DNA of 64,000 nt from an uncultured Alphaproteobacteria bacterium (GTDB lineage Bacteria; Pseudomonadota; Alphaproteobacteria; HIMB59): the NCBI GenBank assembly GCA_902574995.1, contig CACGPP010000006.1, positions 16,140-80,139 of the forward strand, read 5' to 3'. Shown here piece after piece: positions 40,274-49,332 of this stretch (positions within the stretch are counted from its first letter, which is position 1; every line of letters begins with the position of its first letter). The notes beneath the pieces were generated by a model. The model saw only the letters and a program-made list of their open reading frames with translations, made no database searches and was not told the origin of the DNA. Position numbers and translations under genes: made by a program.

Positions 40274-41701
40274 TTAATTCCATTTTGCAGATTCATTATT
40301 TAAAAATGTTATAACTTTTTGTTTAAACTGAATTTTTTCATCTTCATCTATAATCATTTTATCTAGGTCAGTCTCTAAACTAGAGAGAATTTTATTTTTA
40401 GAATTCCATTTAGATTTGTCATCATCATTAAAACGCTCTTTTATTTCAAATTCATAATTTCTTTTATCGTTTTCAGGCAGAGTGTGGGGGGCTATTTCAT
40501 ATAAAATTCTTACAGCTATTTCTTTATATCGGTCATCTTTGAATTGTTTTGCAATTTCATATTTCTTATCGTTAGGCGCGATATGAAAATCAATCATTAA
40601 TTTCTTATCTTGATGTGATGGGAAACTCTCAAATATTCTATCTTCAACATTAAATGGTTCAGGCCATTCTTTTTGATTTGAAAGATGAAGTTTAATAAGA
40701 CGAGAGCAAAACTCCTCATTTTTTTTAATAAAATTTGCTCTTTTTCTTAGTTCATCTACTCCTATTTCTGCATATTTATTATCTTTGAATGAATAACTTT
40801 CATTTAAAAGTGTTTTCGACTTTGACCCATCAAAAACTTCACAAATTCTTTTAGCCCCATCATTCATTTTCTTAATTAAATCTTTATCCTCTAATTCTAT
40901 GATTTTAACAGGATCAAAAAGCAAATTATAAACTAAATAGTGATGATTTCTTGATGGAATGCCTCCAATTAAAGTTTGAGCTTTGATTGTGGGTCTTCTT
41001 CCCCAAAAGGTCGTGTTTGTAAAAACTAAATTATCTAGCATGAATCTCTTAGGAGTGTCTCTATGTCGAAATTCATATGCAGAGTTCCAAATCTTTGGAC
41101 ACCTAATATTTAATATCTTATTAAGTTCCAATGTGATTAAGCTATCAAAAACAGCATCATGAGGACCTGCATCATAGTTTATTGAAATATTATTTAGTTT
41201 TGAAATTTCATCTAATTTAAGTATTGGATACCCCTGATCGTCAGTATTAAATTTAATATGTTCAGGGCTATAAACTGAGACTAATCTTAATATATCAAAA
41301 ACATCCATACGCACATTATTGTTAGTCACAGTCATATAAATTTCAGGTAATAAGTTTTGATAAAGTGCCTGTCGTAAAAAGGGTTCATCAAAATTTATAT
41401 TATTGAAACCTACAAAAATGGCTGATGAGGATGACCATTGTTGAAATGTTTCATACAATTGAGCACTAGCTTCATAATAATTAGGGTAATTATTTTGTAT
41501 TAAACTAGTTGGGTCTACCCCAGTTGTTATTAAAGCACCTGGCTCGAACCATTTTCCTTCTCTTAGCTTACTATGTATTTCTAATTTGTCTTTAACTTCA
41601 AATTTATTATTAGTTAATACAGCACCAACTTGTGTTATTTGATTAAATTTATCATTACGACCTGTTGTTTCGAGATCCCAGAAAATATAATGATCGCTCA
41701 T
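40274..41701 (-). CDS. sbcB: Exodeoxyribonuclease I
   Basis: DEDDh motifs WDLETTG, GFNNINFDE, HDAVFD; ExoI-like length and C-terminal region. Confidence 0.8.
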   Translation of the reverse strand: MSDHYIFWDLETTGRNDKFNQITQVGAVLTNNKFEVKDKLEIHSKLREGKWFEPGALITTGVDPTSLIQNNYPNYYEASAQLYETFQQWSSSSAIFVGFNNINFDEPFLRQALYQNLLPEIYMTVTNNNVRMDVFDILRLVSVYSPEHIKFNTDDQGYPILKLDEISKLNNISINYDAGPHDAVFDSLITLELNKILNIRCPKIWNSAYEFRHRDTPKRFMLDNLVFTNTTFWGRRPTIKAQTLIGGIPSRNHHYLVYNLLFDPVKIIELEDKDLIKKMNDGAKRICEVFDGSKSKTLLNESYSFKDNKYAEIGVDELRKRANFIKKNEEFCSRLIKLHLSNQKEWPEPFNVEDRIFESFPSHQDKKLMIDFHIAPNDKKYEIAKQFKDDRYKEIAVRILYEIAPHTLPENDKRNYEFEIKERFNDDDKSKWNSKNKILSSLETDLDKMIIDEDEKIQFKQKVITFLNNESAKWN

Positions 41702-41767
41702 ATTAAATAATTATATCAATTAAATACCATAATAAAGTTCAAGTTTAATTTGTTATTTTGAGGAATT

Positions 41768-41828
41768 AAATAAAACTAGCTCCGGAGGAATAAGTAAGGA
41801 TAGGAATAAGGATGGAGCTAGTTTTTGA
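41768..41828 (-). ncRNA. Candidate ~60-nt sRNA: 12-bp stem with a 30-nt CU-rich anti-SD loop
   Basis: Stem AAAACTAGCTCC/GGAGCTAGTTTT (41772-41783, 41814-41825); minus-strand loop AUCCUUAUUCCUAUCCUUACUUAUUCCUCC; U tail; TTGACT-16-TATAAA promoter immediately upstream. Confidence 0.6.
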
Positions 41829-41834
41829 TTGGTT

Positions 41835-41862
41835 TTTATACTAATTTTTTTTCTAAAGTCAA
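41835..41862 (-). promoter_or_regulatory. Sigma70-like promoter of the candidate sRNA
   Basis: -35 TTGACT (41862-41857), 16-nt spacer, -10 TATAAA (41840-41835). Confidence 0.55.
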
Positions 41863-41880
41863 ATTGCAGATAAGAGAACT

Positions 41881-41905
41881 TAGCTGTGCAAAATTTGCAC
41901 AGCTA
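41881..41905. promoter_or_regulatory. Perfect palindrome TAGCTGTGCAAA-A-TTTGCACAGCTA (T-N11-A core)
   Basis: 12-bp perfect inverted repeat centred about 65 bp upstream of the predicted sRNA start. Confidence 0.6.
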
Positions 41906-41917
41906 TATGTATTGAAT

Positions 41918-42076
41918 TTATTGATTTTTAAATAATTTTTTAATTTTCTTATAATAAATTAGTGAACATTTAGCATCACAAAAAAATACTTTTTTTGGGA
42001 TATCATAAAACTTAGGATCAGCCCAATATAAAGGCTCCACAATCTTTTTTTTACATACTTCACAACTATTATTCAT
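41918..42076 (-). CDS. Unannotated 52-aa Cys4 metal-binding mini-protein (TRASH/YHS-like)
   Basis: MNNSCEVCKKKIVEPLYWADPKFYDIPKKVFFCDAKCSLIYYKKIKKLFKNQ; CxxC..FCxxxC; AGGA RBS; 9 nt after the phosphatase stop. Confidence 0.65.
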   Translation of the reverse strand: MNNSCEVCKKKIVEPLYWADPKFYDIPKKVFFCDAKCSLIYYKKIKKLFKNQ

Positions 42077-42085
42077 TTAGTTATC

Positions 42086-42592
42086 CTAAAAATTTAACTC
42101 TACTATTCTACTTTCTTCTATCGGCTCAGGGTCAAAGTATGGAACTGAACCATAGAGTCTGTTATCTAAACCCAATATTTCATCATAATATCTCATCATA
42201 ATCTTATTAGGGCTAGCGTGTGGTGCAATTTCTTTTAAGTTTTCAATTATAAGCTCAATATTTTCAGGGGAGTATTTTGCAGCTATGCCTAAACTTGTTG
42301 CAGTAGATCGACTTATACCCATATGACAATGGACTAAAATAGGTTTGGTTTTATCCCAATCATCTGTGAAATCTAATAATTCTTGAGTATGATGTTTCTC
42401 AGGTAATATAAATCCCTCTCTTGGCTCAGAAATATCATCAATTAACATTTTCAAGTGTCTTTTTTTATCCATACCTGATGGGGTTTCAGGCTCAAAATTT
42501 TTATTTATAATGGTAAGCATTTTATCTGGACAGAATTTATCAACACACTCTTGGATATCTGCTAATCCACAAATAATTATTTTTTTTTGCAT
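42086..42592 (-). CDS. Protein-tyrosine/dual-specificity phosphatase-like protein
   Basis: VHCHMGISRSTA (HCxxGxSRS P-loop), ASPN motif. Confidence 0.85.
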   Translation of the reverse strand: MQKKIIICGLADIQECVDKFCPDKMLTIINKNFEPETPSGMDKKRHLKMLIDDISEPREGFILPEKHHTQELLDFTDDWDKTKPILVHCHMGISRSTATSLGIAAKYSPENIELIIENLKEIAPHASPNKIMMRYYDEILGLDNRLYGSVPYFDPEPIEESRIVELNF

Positions 42593-42648
42593 AAGAAGTT
42601 CAATTAATATATAGCTTAAACAATCGTTAAGAAAGAGTATTTATTTTC

Positions 42649-43608
42649 ATGGTATCTCAATTAGATAGTCTTAAAAAATTTTCATCAGTTGTTGCAGACA
42701 CCGGAGATATTGACAGTATTCAAAAATTTAACCCAGATGACTGTACAACCAATCCATCTTTAATATTTAAAGCTGTCCAATCAAACAAATACAAAAAATT
42801 AGTTGGTGAAGTAATAAGTAATTCAAAAAGTAGAAAATTTTCTCAAACTGAGGATCAAGTTAATTACATTGCTGATCAACTAACTATTGCTTTTGGTATA
42901 GAATTAACAAAAATCGTGCCAGGATATGTTTCTACCGAGGTCGACTCTGATTTATCATTTAATACTGAAGCTACTGTTGAAAAGGCAAAGCAAATAATCA
43001 ATAGCTATGAGCAATCAGGCGTCCCCAAGAATAGAATTTTAATTAAAATTGCAGGCACATGGGAAGGAATACAAGCAGTAAAAAAATTAGAGGCAGAGGG
43101 AATATCTTGTAATTGCACACTCATTTTTTCTTTAACACAAGCAATAGCTTGTGCTGAAGCAGGAGCATTTTTAATTTCACCATTTGTGGGAAGGATACTT
43201 GACTGGTTTAAATCAAATACTCAAAAAGATTATGACTCATCAAATGACCCAGGTGTTGAGAGTGTTGAGAAGATTTTTAATTATTTTAAAAAATTTAATT
43301 ATAACACTATTGTTATGGCAGCATCATTTAGAAATAAGGATGAAATAATTAATTTAGCTGGATGTGATAAATTAACTATCAGCCCAACTCTTTTAGAGGA
43401 GTTAAGCCAAAACGATGATGAAATTAAAATTAAATTATCAAAAGAAAACTCATCTACATTAGATATTGAGAGAATTAATGTGAATGAGAGTTCATTTCGT
43501 TGGCATTTAAATGAAAATCAGATGGCATCTTTTAAATTAGCTGAGGGTATTAGATTATTTAATAAGGATTTATTGAAATTAAAAGAATTGATTAGAGGCC
43601 AATTATAA
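42649..43608 (+). CDS. tal: Transaldolase
   Basis: VVADTGD, TTNPSL, LIKIAGTWEG, LISPFVGRI, MAASFR. Confidence 0.96.
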   Translation: MVSQLDSLKKFSSVVADTGDIDSIQKFNPDDCTTNPSLIFKAVQSNKYKKLVGEVISNSKSRKFSQTEDQVNYIADQLTIAFGIELTKIVPGYVSTEVDSDLSFNTEATVEKAKQIINSYEQSGVPKNRILIKIAGTWEGIQAVKKLEAEGISCNCTLIFSLTQAIACAEAGAFLISPFVGRILDWFKSNTQKDYDSSNDPGVESVEKIFNYFKKFNYNTIVMAASFRNKDEIINLAGCDKLTISPTLLEELSQNDDEIKIKLSKENSSTLDIERINVNESSFRWHLNENQMASFKLAEGIRLFNKDLLKLKELIRGQL

Positions 43609-43646
43609 TTATTGCACAAATCACTTCAAAATTATAAATAATTAAT

Positions 43647-44192
43647 ATGGAAAATAAAAATATAACAATTTTAAGTCAGTACGCTCAAAGTAATTTATCC
43701 AAGATAGTATTTTCTCTTTTGGGAATTATTCTCTTATCAGTTTCTAGTAAAATTAGTATTCCTTTCTATCCTGTGCCGATGACATTACAAACCTTTGTTG
43801 TATATTTTATTGCTGCCTCAATGGGTTTGGTTGGGTTTTATGCAACTGTTTCATACGTTATTCTTGGACTTATTGGTCTTCCCATCTTTGCTGCTGGTGG
43901 AGGTTTTGGTTATGTCATGTCCCCAACATTTGGATTTCTTTATGGAATGATTTTAGCTTCATTTGTAATAGCATATTTTTCAAAAAACCTTTTCAATAAA
44001 AATTTAATAAAAATTATTTTATCTATTTTTATAGGCGCGTTAATTATTTTTGTTTGTGGTATTGCCCATCTATCAAGCTTCATAGGACTAGAGAAATCTA
44101 TATACGCAGGCTTATACCCATTTATTTACAGTGAACTTTTAAAGATAGCACTTGCTATTTCTTTAACTTATTTGCTAATTAAAAAAAATTAA
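43647..44192 (+). CDS. bioY: Biotin transporter S component
   Basis: PVPMTLQTF, GLPIFA, PTFGFLYG. Confidence 0.88.
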   Translation: MENKNITILSQYAQSNLSKIVFSLLGIILLSVSSKISIPFYPVPMTLQTFVVYFIAASMGLVGFYATVSYVILGLIGLPIFAAGGGFGYVMSPTFGFLYGMILASFVIAYFSKNLFNKNLIKIILSIFIGALIIFVCGIAHLSSFIGLEKSIYAGLYPFIYSELLKIALAISLTYLLIKKN

Positions 44193-44656
44193 TCTGGTAT
44201 AAAGTTTAAAGCTATACCGTTATTACAGTATCTTAAACCTGTAGGTTCTGGACCATCTTTGAAGACGTGTCCGTGATGCCCACCACATTTAGCACAGTGA
44301 TATTCTTTTCGAGGAAACACCAATTTAAAATCTGTTTTAAAACCCAAAGCATTAGGAAGATAATCAAAAAATGAAGGCCAACCAGTTCCGCTATCATATT
44401 TCATATCCGAAGAAAATAGTGGTAATTCACATCCTGCACAATGGTAGGTACCTTTCCTTTTTTCATTGTTAAGCACGCTAAACCCGGGTCGTTCAGTTCC
44501 ATGCTGCCTCAAAATATAATACTCCTCTTCTGATAATCTTATTTTCCATTCCTCATCTGAAAGAATTAATTTTTCCATCGCAACTAAAGGTTTATGTCCA
44601 AAAAAGCATCCACCAATAAGTATTGATATAAATCTTCTTCTGTTTAAAACAACCAT
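44189..44656 (-). CDS. msrB: Peptide methionine-(R)-sulfoxide reductase with Tat-like signal
   Basis: LNRRRF twin-arginine, GTER, KYDSGTGWPSF, HHGHVFKDGP, RYCNNG. Confidence 0.93.
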   Translation of the reverse strand: MVVLNRRRFISILIGGCFFGHKPLVAMEKLILSDEEWKIRLSEEEYYILRQHGTERPGFSVLNNEKRKGTYHCAGCELPLFSSDMKYDSGTGWPSFFDYLPNALGFKTDFKLVFPRKEYHCAKCGGHHGHVFKDGPEPTGLRYCNNGIALNFIPD

Positions 44657-44691
44657 AAAATATCAGGGATAAATTATAATAATTGAAAATA

Positions 44692-44775
44692 CTATTTCTT
44701 TTTAGCTCTTCTTTTAGCTCTTCTTTTTCGTGAACCGATTTTTCTTCTGCCTCTGTGCTTTTTAGGATAACCCAT
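44692..44775 (-). CDS. Unannotated 27-aa Arg/Lys-rich peptide MGYPKKHRGRRKIGSRKRRAKRRAKKK
   Basis: 16 of 27 residues are K/R and none acidic; occupies the gap; -10-like TATACG plus a GC-rich segment directly before ATG (leaderless layout). Confidence 0.6.
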   Translation of the reverse strand: MGYPKKHRGRRKIGSRKRRAKRRAKKK

Positions 44776-44847
44776 GACGGCGTATAATAGATATTTAACC
44801 TCAAAAATAAACATATTTTTTTGACATGATTCATATATTTTAAGCAA

Positions 44848-46044
44848 ATGAGAACAATTCTATTAGTTTTAGTTGCTGGATTAATACTCTCAGTTGGAAA
44901 TGGATTTAGAATGTCTCTAGGAATATATGTCCCAGATCTTTTAAGTTCCACAGTTTTTAGTGCTTCAATTATAGGTCTAACATATGGTCTTTTCAATTTG
45001 CTTTGGGGAGCTATGTCACCCATTGCTGGTGCATTTGCTGAACAAAAGGGTTATGTAAAAACTCTTTGTTTTGGTTTCTTTGGTGTCTCTCTTAGTTTCT
45101 ATGTTGCTTCTTCAGCGATACACCCTTTACATTTTTTATTTGGTATTGGCATAATTGGAGGTATTTCAGCTGGTGTTATTTCTGTACCAGTTATAATTGG
45201 AGGAGTCTCAAAATATTTTGAGGATGATAAAACACAAAGCACAGTTACAGGAATACTTATGTCTCTTGCTGCTACAGGGATGTTTATATTTACACCCATT
45301 AACCAATTTTTAGTCACAACCTTTAAATGGAGTTTTTCTTTTCAAATTACATCTATGTTTTTTCTGTTCATCATGCCTCTTTCACTTATATTCCTTTTAC
45401 CTAAGCCACAAAAAAAAGATAAGAAAGAATTTACAAAAAGAAAAATATCAGATGTCATAAAAAAAGCCTTTAAGGATAAAAGTTATAACTATCTTATTTT
45501 AGGATTTTTTGTTTGTGGTTTACATGTTGCTTTAATTTCAAACTATCTTCCAGTTTTTGCAAAAATTAAAGGTTTAGAAACTACAATAGCTGCAACAGGA
45601 CTCACTTTAATTGGGTTATTTAATATGATTGGTACTTTAATTTCAGGAAAGGTTTCAGGCATTATTAAAAAAAAATATATACTATCGTTTATTTATTTTG
45701 TAAGAAGCATAGTAATTTTTTTATTGTTAATTTTACCTACAAACAATTTCACAATTATAGCCTTCAGTTGTTGTATTGGTCTTTTATGGTTATCAACTGT
45801 CCCACCGACTTCAGGAATTGTTTCAAATAGATTTGGCACAAGATACCTTTCGACCTTATTTGGTATTGTAATGGTTTCCCATCAAGCAGGAGCATTTCTT
45901 GGCTCTTTTATTGGAGGTTTAGTTATAGATATATATGGTTCACTCGATATAGCTTGGATAATGGCGATAGTAATTTCTTTATTTTCTGCAATCATCCATT
46001 TTCCAATTATAGAAAAAGAAAAATCCGAAGAAGTTTTTGCCTAA
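44848..46044 (+). CDS. MFS transporter
   Basis: About 12 TM segments; GFFVCGLHV, GLLWLSTVPPT, SHQAGAFLG. Confidence 0.88.
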   Translation: MRTILLVLVAGLILSVGNGFRMSLGIYVPDLLSSTVFSASIIGLTYGLFNLLWGAMSPIAGAFAEQKGYVKTLCFGFFGVSLSFYVASSAIHPLHFLFGIGIIGGISAGVISVPVIIGGVSKYFEDDKTQSTVTGILMSLAATGMFIFTPINQFLVTTFKWSFSFQITSMFFLFIMPLSLIFLLPKPQKKDKKEFTKRKISDVIKKAFKDKSYNYLILGFFVCGLHVALISNYLPVFAKIKGLETTIAATGLTLIGLFNMIGTLISGKVSGIIKKKYILSFIYFVRSIVIFLLLILPTNNFTIIAFSCCIGLLWLSTVPPTSGIVSNRFGTRYLSTLFGIVMVSHQAGAFLGSFIGGLVIDIYGSLDIAWIMAIVISLFSAIIHFPIIEKEKSEEVFA

Positions 46045-46912
46045 TTTAAAAATTAATCCTTTTCTTATACTGATTATAGGCGCAGTAAGTATTGCTTTTT
46101 CTCCTATATTTGTTCGACTCTCAGAGGTTGATCCAATAATGACTGCTTTTTTTAGAATATTTGTGAGCCTTCCTTTTTTTTTAATGTTTGGGTCACTGAA
46201 AATAATTGAAAAAGTAAACTTTCCTGTTTTAAAAAATAAATTTTTAATTATTTTTATTTCAGGCATCTTTTTTTCATTAGATTTAATTTGTTGGCATTTG
46301 TCTATCAAACTTACCACAGTTTCTAAGGCAACATTTTTATCTAATTTAGCTCCAATTGTTGTAATTTTATTTTCTTTAATATTTCTTAAAGAAAAATTTT
46401 CTAAGTTTTTTTTTATTGCCATATTTATTTCGATGAGTGGTATGACCTTGTTATTAGGTGAGAGTTTTCAATTTTATAAATCACAATTTTTGGGAGATCT
46501 TTTAGGTGTTCTAACTGCAATTTGGTATGGATGTTATATTCTTACTATTAGCCAATTAAGAAAAAATTTAAATTCAAGCACGATTATGTTTTTTTCAGGA
46601 TGTGTAAGTGCAATTATTTTACTTTTAGCCGCAATATTTTTTGAACAAAGTTTAGTGCCAAAGTCTTTTTACGCAATAGCAATTCTATTTTTATTAGGTT
46701 TTGTATGCCAATTCATTGGACAATCTTTTATAGCTTACTCTCTAGCATTTTTATCTGCTTCCTTATCATCTTTAAGTCTTTTGATACAACCTATTGCTGC
46801 AACCTTATTGGCGTACCTTTTTTTCCAAGAAAAATTAACATTGATCCAATTTTTTGGAAGTACATTAATCCTGATTGGGATTTATATTGCTAAAACAAAA
46901 TATGAAAATTGA
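46037..46912 (+). CDS. DMT/EamA family transporter
   Basis: About ten TM segments, SPIFVRLS, GDLLGVL, QPIAA. Confidence 0.85.
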   Translation: MPNLKINPFLILIIGAVSIAFSPIFVRLSEVDPIMTAFFRIFVSLPFFLMFGSLKIIEKVNFPVLKNKFLIIFISGIFFSLDLICWHLSIKLTTVSKATFLSNLAPIVVILFSLIFLKEKFSKFFFIAIFISMSGMTLLLGESFQFYKSQFLGDLLGVLTAIWYGCYILTISQLRKNLNSSTIMFFSGCVSAIILLLAAIFFEQSLVPKSFYAIAILFLLGFVCQFIGQSFIAYSLAFLSASLSSLSLLIQPIAATLLAYLFFQEKLTLIQFFGSTLILIGIYIAKTKYEN

Positions 46913-47312
46913 ACAAATAAAAGTTGTAGCAGGCTTAATACTTCAAAATAATAAACTTTTAATATGTCAAAGACCAAACTTTAAGGATCATCCATTAAAA
47001 TGGGAATTTCCTGGAGGTAAAATCAAAAATGATGAGACTAATGAAGAGGCTTTAATTAGAGAAATAAATGAAGAGTTATCAATTAACATAATAAATTATG
47101 AGGAACTGATCAGTTATAATTTTAATTATAAAGACTTGAATAAAAAGGTATTCATATATTTTTATTTAGTCAATAATTTCAGTGGTAAGGTTTTAAAAAA
47201 TTTTCATAAAGAACTAAAATGGATTGAAATCAAGGATATTCGTGAATATGATTTTTTAGAAGGAGACCTTAAAATAATTGACCATATAAGTAGTAATGAC
47301 TTTAAATATTAG
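46902..47312 (+). CDS. Nudix hydrolase (MutT/NudG-like)
   Basis: WEFPGGKIKNDETNEEALIREINEEL Nudix box. Confidence 0.88.
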   Translation: MKIEQIKVVAGLILQNNKLLICQRPNFKDHPLKWEFPGGKIKNDETNEEALIREINEELSINIINYEELISYNFNYKDLNKKVFIYFYLVNNFSGKVLKNFHKELKWIEIKDIREYDFLEGDLKIIDHISSNDFKY

Positions 47313-48327
47313 AGATAAACCAAAAGATGGATTTGAAAGAGTTGTTTATGCTGAGGAGGATAAATTTAATTTTTACTCAGTAATTGCTATTCATAATACT
47401 AAAAGAGGCCCTGCCTTGGGTGGATGTAGATATTTCAATTATCAAGATTTTAACAAACAAGAAGAAGATGTTTTAAAATTAGCTGAAGCAATGACATATA
47501 AGAATTCTTTGGCTGAACTTCCCTTTGGTGGTGGGAAAGCTACTATTCATTCTAAAATAAATAAAAAAGATGCATATAGTTTATTTGGAGAAGTTTTAAA
47601 CAAACTAGATGGTATTTATATAACAGCTGGAGATATGGGAACGGTCGATGAGGACTTAAGAGGATTTAGAGAATACTCAGATCATGTTTGTAACCCTATA
47701 GGTTCTGACTCCGGATTAGGTACTGCATTAGGTGTTTATTACTCAATGTTAGGATGTGTCGAATTTAAATCCGGACAAGACTCATTAGTAAATAAAAATA
47801 TATTTATCAAAGGATATGGTAAGACTGGATCTAGAATTGCTTCTTTGTGTAAAAAAGACGGTGCAAATATTGAAATTTCCGACTTAGAGCATAAAAAAGA
47901 TTTGATTGAGAGAGATGGATATAAATTTTGTAGTCAACTCCAAGATACATCCTTTGAAAAAATTGATATTTACTCTCCTTGTGCAGGAGGGGGTGATTTG
48001 AATACGGAGTTTTTAAATTTTGCAAATAATAAAATATCAATGATTACTGGATCTGCAAATAATCAACTTGATAATATTGATATAGAAAAAGAATTATATA
48101 ACAAAGGTATATTATATTGTCCTGATTATTGTGCCAACGCTGGTGGAGTAATTATATTAGGTTCAAGAATTAGTGTTAAAGAAGATCTCGAACCAGATGA
48201 CAAAATTGTAGATAACCTTCTAAAAAAAATAAAATCACGCACAAAATTTATCTTAGAAAAATCGCAAAAAGACTTGATTTTAGCATCCAATATTGCAAGT
48301 GAAATGGCTTTAGATGGATTAAAATAA
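47296..48327 (+). CDS. Glu/Leu/Phe/Val dehydrogenase (leucine dehydrogenase-like)
   Basis: GPALGGCR, MTYKN, GGGKA, GDMGT, GYGKTG, GSANNQL, PDYCANAGG. Confidence 0.88.
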   Translation: MTLNIRDKPKDGFERVVYAEEDKFNFYSVIAIHNTKRGPALGGCRYFNYQDFNKQEEDVLKLAEAMTYKNSLAELPFGGGKATIHSKINKKDAYSLFGEVLNKLDGIYITAGDMGTVDEDLRGFREYSDHVCNPIGSDSGLGTALGVYYSMLGCVEFKSGQDSLVNKNIFIKGYGKTGSRIASLCKKDGANIEISDLEHKKDLIERDGYKFCSQLQDTSFEKIDIYSPCAGGGDLNTEFLNFANNKISMITGSANNQLDNIDIEKELYNKGILYCPDYCANAGGVIILGSRISVKEDLEPDDKIVDNLLKKIKSRTKFILEKSQKDLILASNIASEMALDGLK

Positions 48328-48328
48328 A

Positions 48329-48685
48329 ATGAATTTCTTTCAATTTTATACTCACCCTCAGCAAAAGGAGAGGTTACTATTTTTAGGATACTGGATTGGG
48401 TCACTAATTATTTGGTCCTTTGCAATGAATGTAAGTTTAGTAATTGTTATTGTATTTTCTATAATTGGAAATTTCGTAGTCGTAAGACCATTAGCAAAAA
48501 TATTCTTTTTACTTAAAAACTTTGTAAATAAGAGGTTTTTCAATAACTTTGATATATTTGAAGCTTATTATGCAGGTTTTGAACTTGGAAGAATAACTAG
48601 AATTTTTTTAAAATTATCTTTTTTTATGATTACTATGATTATTTCAAAAATGTTTATGGAAGCTTATTTAACTTTTATAAATTAA
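48329..48685 (+). CDS. Hypothetical membrane protein
   Basis: Starts 1 nt after the dehydrogenase stop; 2-3 hydrophobic segments. Confidence 0.55.
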   Translation: MNFFQFYTHPQQKERLLFLGYWIGSLIIWSFAMNVSLVIVIVFSIIGNFVVVRPLAKIFFLLKNFVNKRFFNNFDIFEAYYAGFELGRITRIFLKLSFFMITMIISKMFMEAYLTFIN

Positions 48686-49292
48686 ATTCAACGTAACAAA
48701 CAATAACCCTAGATATAAAAGTTATAAAACATAAAATCCCAAAAATAATAGATATTAAAATAAAAAAATTTGGAAATAAGAGACACAAAACCATGAAAAT
48801 TATTGTTTCTGTACCTTCAACTAATCCAGATGTGTAATGAAAACTTTTTGGTAATCCTTCAATAGCATCATTTGTCTCTGAGATTTTATCTAATTGAGTT
48901 TGAATTGCAGCTTTCGCAAGAAATGTTGTACCCGTACCTATGTACAAAAAAAGTAAAATCATTGATAAAGTTGTGTAACTACTATTACTGAACCCAAATG
49001 CTAAAACAAATCCAGAATAAATTGTGAAGTCACTGACAATATCTAAATATCCACCCAAAGGAGTGGGGGTTGTTAGTCTGGCCATTGTTCCATCTAAGCC
49101 ATCACAAAATCTGTTCAAAAGTAAAAGCGCCAGTGCAGCAAAATAGAACTGAAAAAAAATTAAAATACACATAAAAAAACCTGATATGAAACCTAATATT
49201 GTCATTTGATTAGGTTTTAAAAACTTTAAAAAAAGTTTAGCTATTATTATTAAGGGCTTTTGGCTGAAATTTTGAATTTGGCGATCAAACAT
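48675..49292 (-). CDS. CDP-alcohol phosphatidyltransferase family protein (YnjF-like)
   Basis: PNQMT, NRFCDGLDGTMAR...GGYLDIVSD signature, GLVEGTETI. Confidence 0.88.
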   Translation of the reverse strand: MFDRQIQNFSQKPLIIIAKLFLKFLKPNQMTILGFISGFFMCILIFFQFYFAALALLLLNRFCDGLDGTMARLTTPTPLGGYLDIVSDFTIYSGFVLAFGFSNSSYTTLSMILLFLYIGTGTTFLAKAAIQTQLDKISETNDAIEGLPKSFHYTSGLVEGTETIIFMVLCLLFPNFFILISIIFGILCFITFISRVIVCYVEFNL

Positions 49293-49332
49293 CTGTGTTA
49301 TTGTATGAATAGTATAATGTTACTATAATTTC

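Noticed and set aside
41784-41813. Plus-strand reading of the loop as a CsrA/RsmA sponge (four AGGA motifs)
   Set aside because: The promoter lies on the minus strand, the GGA motifs are not in separate hairpins, and alphaproteobacteria generally lack CsrA. It is not fully excluded.
44592-45023. 143-aa minus-strand ORF in the track
   Set aside because: Antisense to the MFS gene and overlapping msrB; the nested 27-aa basic ORF in another frame explains the repetitive segment better.
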